This document shows positions 24,558-28,964 of a DNA stretch of 28,964 nt, piece by piece. A program made the translations under genes and the position numbers. Every line of letters starts with the position of its first letter. Positions within the stretch are counted from its first letter, which is position 1. The notes below the pieces were generated by a model that saw only the letters and a program-made list of their open reading frames with translations, searched no databases and was not told the origin of the DNA. Source of the stretch: a virus (lineage: Duplodnaviria; Caudoviricetes); the IMG/VR virus record IMGVR_UViG_3300025508_000116, positions 1-28,964 of that record; one strand, 5' to 3'.

Positions 24558-26095
24558 TGGATGATATCCGCTCTTTTCCAGTTTCTTGTACAGGCGGATT
24601 GTATACGAGTCTTGATGTTCTTACTCAAGCAACGCAACTCCCCGGTACAGCTATCCGTCTGATTAATTATGAGCCTTCCATTCGTGGAGGGTATCAACGT
24701 ATTCAGGGGTTTACTAATGACTATGGGACTCTTCCCGGCACTGGCACTACTCTAGGTCTTGTCGTATTTGAAGACCTCAATGATGGCATCTTTGGCTGCA
24801 GGGCACCAACAACAGGTAATAACTACTTCCACTACTGGGACAACAATACATCTGCTTGGGTAACACCTACAACTGTTGGCTCTCCTACTATGACTGGTGT
24901 AGCTAAAGTAAGGTTTTCTAAGTTGAACTGGGGTGTAGCTAAACTGGCAATAGTTGATGGGATTAACCCACTGGCTCTCTGGGATGGTACAACTTATACT
25001 CAGGTGACTGGTGGAAGCGTACTTACTAACCCATCTCTATGTGAATCCTTTGCTAACCACTTGTTTATCTCTGGCGATCCTGCAGAACCTAATAGCCTAG
25101 TGTTCTCTGCCCCAGAAGACCCTACTGACTTTACTCCTGCTGGTGGTGCTGGGGTTATCAATGTAGGCTTTAAAATTAATGCCATCAAGTCCTTCCGTGA
25201 CACTCTCTATATCTTTGGCACTAATAATATTAAAAAAGTAGTTGGTTCCTCTCTTGATGACTTCGCCCTTCAAGATGTTACTAAGAACCTAGGTTGTGTC
25301 GCCCCAGACTCTGTAGTAGAGTTTAATGGTGATCTGCTATTTCTTGGACCCGATGGTATCCGTCCTATTAGTGGTACTGATCGTATTGGTGATGTAGAGA
25401 TTAACACTATTTCCAAACCAGTTCAATCTATTTTTGAGAATCTCACAGTTACAGAAGATACGACAAAGGCCTCTATACTAGTTCTTAATAAAAAGTCCCA
25501 GTTCCGCATGTTCTTCCCAGATGCTGAGTCTCTGGGTGTTATCGGTGCCCTTCGTCGTACTGGGCAAGGCGGAGTAGGTTTTGAGTTCTCTCGTCTTATC
25601 GGTATTAATATGGCCTGTGGGGACTCTAGTTACTTAGGTGATGAAGAGTATGTAATCCACGGAGACTCCAATGGTTTAGTCTACAGGCAAGAATCAGGTA
25701 ATACCTTTGCTGGTACACCAATCGAATCTGTTTTCCAAACCCCATACTACCACATGGATGACCCTATCAACAGGAAAGTAGTTCATGAGGTGTACACATA
25801 CCTAAGGTCTGATGGTGCTATCAATGTAACCATGGGTCTTACTTACGACTACGAAGATGAATACACACTAAGCCCTGCAGATTACAGTTTTAATACTGAA
25901 GGTGCTGCTAGTTTCTACGGCATTGCTACTTATGATGCAACTAGTATCTACGATGGTAACCCAAGCCCTCTCCGTAGGACACCTGTGGAAGGTTCTGGTA
26001 GATCGGTCTCTATTACTTATGTAACAACAGACTCACAAGCAAGTCACTCTATTGAGGCCCTAGTTCTCAGCTACGCAATGGCAGATAAAAGATAA
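24557..26095 (+). CDS. Tail nozzle / tail tubular protein B-like (beta-propeller)
   Basis: GGL N-terminus, GCVAPDSV and LLFLGPDGIR; TAATG coupling. Confidence 0.75.
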   Translation: MDDIRSFPVSCTGGLYTSLDVLTQATQLPGTAIRLINYEPSIRGGYQRIQGFTNDYGTLPGTGTTLGLVVFEDLNDGIFGCRAPTTGNNYFHYWDNNTSAWVTPTTVGSPTMTGVAKVRFSKLNWGVAKLAIVDGINPLALWDGTTYTQVTGGSVLTNPSLCESFANHLFISGDPAEPNSLVFSAPEDPTDFTPAGGAGVINVGFKINAIKSFRDTLYIFGTNNIKKVVGSSLDDFALQDVTKNLGCVAPDSVVEFNGDLLFLGPDGIRPISGTDRIGDVEINTISKPVQSIFENLTVTEDTTKASILVLNKKSQFRMFFPDAESLGVIGALRRTGQGGVGFEFSRLIGINMACGDSSYLGDEEYVIHGDSNGLVYRQESGNTFAGTPIESVFQTPYYHMDDPINRKVVHEVYTYLRSDGAINVTMGLTYDYEDEYTLSPADYSFNTEGAASFYGIATYDATSIYDGNPSPLRRTPVEGSGRSVSITYVTTDSQASHSIEALVLSYAMADKR

Positions 26096-26104
26096 GGATA
26101 CCAA

Positions 26105-28964
26105 ATGTCTGGATATACAAGACAGTCAAGCTCGGACCTAGTACCTACAGCGGTAGTTCGTTCTTCCCCTCTTAATACAGAATACAATAAAATCCGTGAT
26201 GCATTTGCTTTTGATGCTACTGGTGTTACTGGCCACAAGCATGACGGTTCTTCAGACGAGGGTTCTTATATCCCTCTTATCGCAGACTTGGACGCTCTTA
26301 ATAAAGTTGAGGTAGACACAGGCAATAACCGTGTAGGCTTCTTTGTCGAGGTATCCTCTGCGGCAGTTGAGCAAGTACGTCTCTCCGATGGTCTTTTTGT
26401 ACCTGTTACCACTAATGATGTAGACCTTGGTTCTGCTACAGCTAAGTTTAAGGACCTACACCTCGCAGGGGATGCTAACGTAGCAGGTGACGTAAATGTT
26501 ACTGGTGCTCTCGTGGGTGCTGTTACAGGGGATATCACAGGTAATGTTACAGGAGACCTTACAGGTAATGTTACTGCTGGTTCTGGTGAGAGTTCTTTCA
26601 CTAACGTAACTATTAATGGTACACTGGATGTAACCAACACCCCTATTACTAACGTCTCTGATCCAACCTCCGCACAAGAAGCTGCAACAAAGAACTACGT
26701 AGACACTGCAGACGCACTTAAGTTGAATCTTACTGGTGGGACTCTTAGTGGTGAACTTGCTATGGGTACATCTAAGATTACAGGGATGGGTAATCCCACA
26801 CTAGCTCAAGATGCAGCTACTAAAGCCTATGTTGACTCCGAAGTCTCTGGACTTATTGATGCTGCTCCCGGTGCACTTGACACCTTGAATGAGCTTGCTG
26901 CTGCTATTGGTGATGATGCTGCTTTCAGTACAACTATTACTAATAGTATTGCAACTAAACTACCTCTGGCTGGTGGAACCATGTCAGGTGCCATCGCTAT
27001 GGGCACCTCTAAGATTACTGGTCTTGGTAACCCCACCCTAGCTCAAGATGCTGCAACTAAGACTTATGTAGATACTGCAGATGCACTCAAGTTGAACCTT
27101 ACTGGTGGTACCATGAGTGGTGCTATCGCTATGGGTAACTCACAGATCACTGGTCTTGCAACTCCTACTACAGGTACAGATGCTACTACTAAGACTTATG
27201 TAGATGGTATTCTTGGCTCTGGAGAAGACGCTACCGCTGCAGCCGCTGCTGCCCTTGCCTCTGAACTTGAAGCTGAAGCAGCAGAAGCAGCCGCAGAAGC
27301 CGCTCGTGATCTAGCCCTAGCATACCGTGACAGCGCAGCCGTAAGTGCAGCCCTCGCAGCAGCCGAAGCCGCAGGGATTGTAGGTTATGATCTGAGCGCC
27401 ATTGCGGACACTATTGCAGCCACAGCAGTTGATGTATTTGTCTATGACACCACGCAGGACAGTGACGGAGGTGCATGGCGTAATCGGTGCCAGCAAACGT
27501 CTTGGTATAATGAGACCCTGAACACAGCCACACGAGGCGCACGGCAGGAGTTTCCGGTTAAGGCGTTGATTGTTGCAGAGGCTACCAAGGTCACGATTTA
27601 TGATCTGGATGATCCTGCTGTTCCAATGTGGCGCATAACTAATCAACTGGCAGGGACACTGCCGCAGTTTTTCCGTGGTGGGTACTCAGTCACAAGTTTG
27701 TCTGCGATCAACGGTGTTATTGCTTGGGGTGCAGATATCGGCAGCGACCTTGTGACAAACGGACTGTGCTTCTTAAATTTTGCGGGAGATTTTATTGGTA
27801 GGTACGGAGGAAACGCCGCCCATACAGGCATCATCACGCCGCTAACCGGGGATCAAAGCACAACAGCAACATTGGACCTTAGCCTGCCTTTGTTAGTGAA
27901 CGGGCAAGCCAACGATGTAGCCATCACCACACTCCCCGGCGCACCCATTGACGACCAGACGGGCCTGCCAGTGCCTACCATTGCGGTTGGTACAGACGGC
28001 GGTTTGAGTGTCATTAAGGATGATGGGACTGTTGTTGATATTTCATTCGCTTCAGAGGGCGTTGTCGGGACAGTCAACTTCGACAGTGAAAACAGGATTT
28101 GGATGACCCATGGTGCCTTTATAGGATCATACCAATCTTACAACCGAGTTTTTGACATACCTGATACAGATTTGTCCCTTACCAGTGGTTTTTTATCACT
28201 ACCAGAGGATTTAGTTTATATCGGAGGAACCATTAGTGCCTTCGGTGAACTGAAGTATAACATTGGTAACGATGGGTCGGCGGTGTCGAAAAATCTCCCC
28301 GGTGTTATCAGCACCAACACTGCTGGGCTTACATTCCTTGCCCTTGATTACACCACCCCAGCAAACGGCATGGTTGCCTACACAGCCCACGATTACGCCA
28401 CAGGCTGGATGCACGGTGATATCAAAGGCGCGTTCATGTGCGAGGCATCCGAGGATGATCTGGTTGGTATAGAACTGGTCACGAATGGGACGTTTGATAC
28501 TGATATTACTGGGTGGACTGAGGCTTCTGCTGGCTCTGCAACAATAAGCTGGAATGCTTCGGGTTACATTGACTTGAATGGGGCGGCTGACGGAAGAGCA
28601 CAGGCAGACCAGTCATTTACTACGGTTGCGGGGAATACGTATGTGTTTTCTTGTGAGGTGACTGATACAACACCTTATCAAATTAGTGTGGGAACATCAG
28701 CGGGCGGCAATCAGTTGGTTACTGACTCTGATGGTGCGGGTGACAGTTATTTCACCTTCGTTGCCACAACAACAACAACACATGTTCGTTTGCGATCCCG
28801 GCAAGTTTCTGAGACAGTTTCGATAGACAACGTATCCGTAAAACTCGCCAACGAGGACCGCAGCGTCAACGCAAATGGCTTGGCAGTCAACGGGACAATC
28901 ACAGTCGCCCCCGTGGAGACAGGCGCAGAGACGATGGCCTATTCCGGGTTCTCTGCCTCAAACT
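26105..28964 (+). CDS. Tail fibre / receptor-binding protein (3' end outside the window; absent from the ORF track)
   Basis: ATG 26105 with SD AAGGA; MSGYTRQS...GHKHDG N-terminus; GNVTG repeats; DAATKxYVD stalk repeats; APGALDTLNELAAA motif; Ala-rich coil, then DVFVYDT..DSDGGAWR..SWYNETLNTATRG domain. No stop noticed before the window end. Confidence 0.85.
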   Translation, partial: MSGYTRQSSSDLVPTAVVRSSPLNTEYNKIRDAFAFDATGVTGHKHDGSSDEGSYIPLIADLDALNKVEVDTGNNRVGFFVEVSSAAVEQVRLSDGLFVPVTTNDVDLGSATAKFKDLHLAGDANVAGDVNVTGALVGAVTGDITGNVTGDLTGNVTAGSGESSFTNVTINGTLDVTNTPITNVSDPTSAQEAATKNYVDTADALKLNLTGGTLSGELAMGTSKITGMGNPTLAQDAATKAYVDSEVSGLIDAAPGALDTLNELAAAIGDDAAFSTTITNSIATKLPLAGGTMSGAIAMGTSKITGLGNPTLAQDAATKTYVDTADALKLNLTGGTMSGAIAMGNSQITGLATPTTGTDATTKTYVDGILGSGEDATAAAAAALASELEAEAAEAAAEAARDLALAYRDSAAVSAALAAAEAAGIVGYDLSAIADTIAATAVDVFVYDTTQDSDGGAWRNRCQQTSWYNETLNTATRGARQEFPVKALIVAEATKVTIYDLDDPAVPMWRITNQLAGTLPQFFRGGYSVTSLSAINGVIAWGADIGSDLVTNGLCFLNFAGDFIGRYGGNAAHTGIITPLTGDQSTTATLDLSLPLLVNGQANDVAITTLPGAPIDDQTGLPVPTIAVGTDGGLSVIKDDGTVVDISFASEGVVGTVNFDSENRIWMTHGAFIGSYQSYNRVFDIPDTDLSLTSGFLSLPEDLVYIGGTISAFGELKYNIGNDGSAVSKNLPGVISTNTAGLTFLALDYTTPANGMVAYTAHDYATGWMHGDIKGAFMCEASEDDLVGIELVTNGTFDTDITGWTEASAGSATISWNASGYIDLNGAADGRAQADQSFTTVAGNTYVFSCEVTDTTPYQISVGTSAGGNQLVTDSDGAGDSYFTFVATTTTTHVRLRSRQVSETVSIDNVSVKLANEDRSVNANGLAVNGTITVAPVETGAETMAYSGFSASN
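26684..27205 (+). repeat. Intragenic ~39-aa repeats in the tail fibre
   Basis: Repeated (KLNL)TGGT(L/M)SG..AMG.SKITG.GNPT.AQDAATK.YVD units, also visible at DNA level. Confidence 0.8.

Noticed and set aside
26684-27205. Diversity-generating retroelement TR/VR pair
   Set aside because: The repeats are in-frame structural repeats with mostly synonymous differences, not adenine-specific ones, and no reverse transcriptase is present in the window.

Overview
Part of a tailed (podovirus-like) dsDNA bacteriophage genome. The host is very probably an alphaproteobacterium, inferred from the GTTC-N7-GTTC boxes and a GCTCTTTGACA boxA. Two arms diverge from a ~2.1 kb non-coding control region (6980-9100) that probably contains the joined genome termini. 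The leftward (- strand) arm holds small early genes, an HTH protein and a tandemly duplicated two-gene module: an unknown 'NSCM'-motif protein followed by an M28/M20-like zinc peptidase. The rightward (+ strand) arm holds a lysis cassette (M15 endolysin, holin-like proteins, a probable unimolecular spanin), HNH genes, a run of beta-rich putative virion proteins, TerS/TerL, portal, scaffold, major capsid, tail adaptor/nozzle and a tail fibre that runs off the window. The most notable observations are: (1) a cluster of alphaproteobacterial LexA (SOS) boxes upstream of the early arm; (2) the duplicated NSCM-protein/peptidase module; (3) a long hairpin-rich early leader with an rrn-type boxA; (4) 13-bp-phased ACTTAAAG repeats bracketed by a perfect 23-bp inverted repeat; (5) recurrent CC/YAC internal-loop hairpins upstream of scaffold and capsid; (6) an HNH gene that appears to have duplicated its neighbour's 3' end. 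All calls are by eye, with no database searches.
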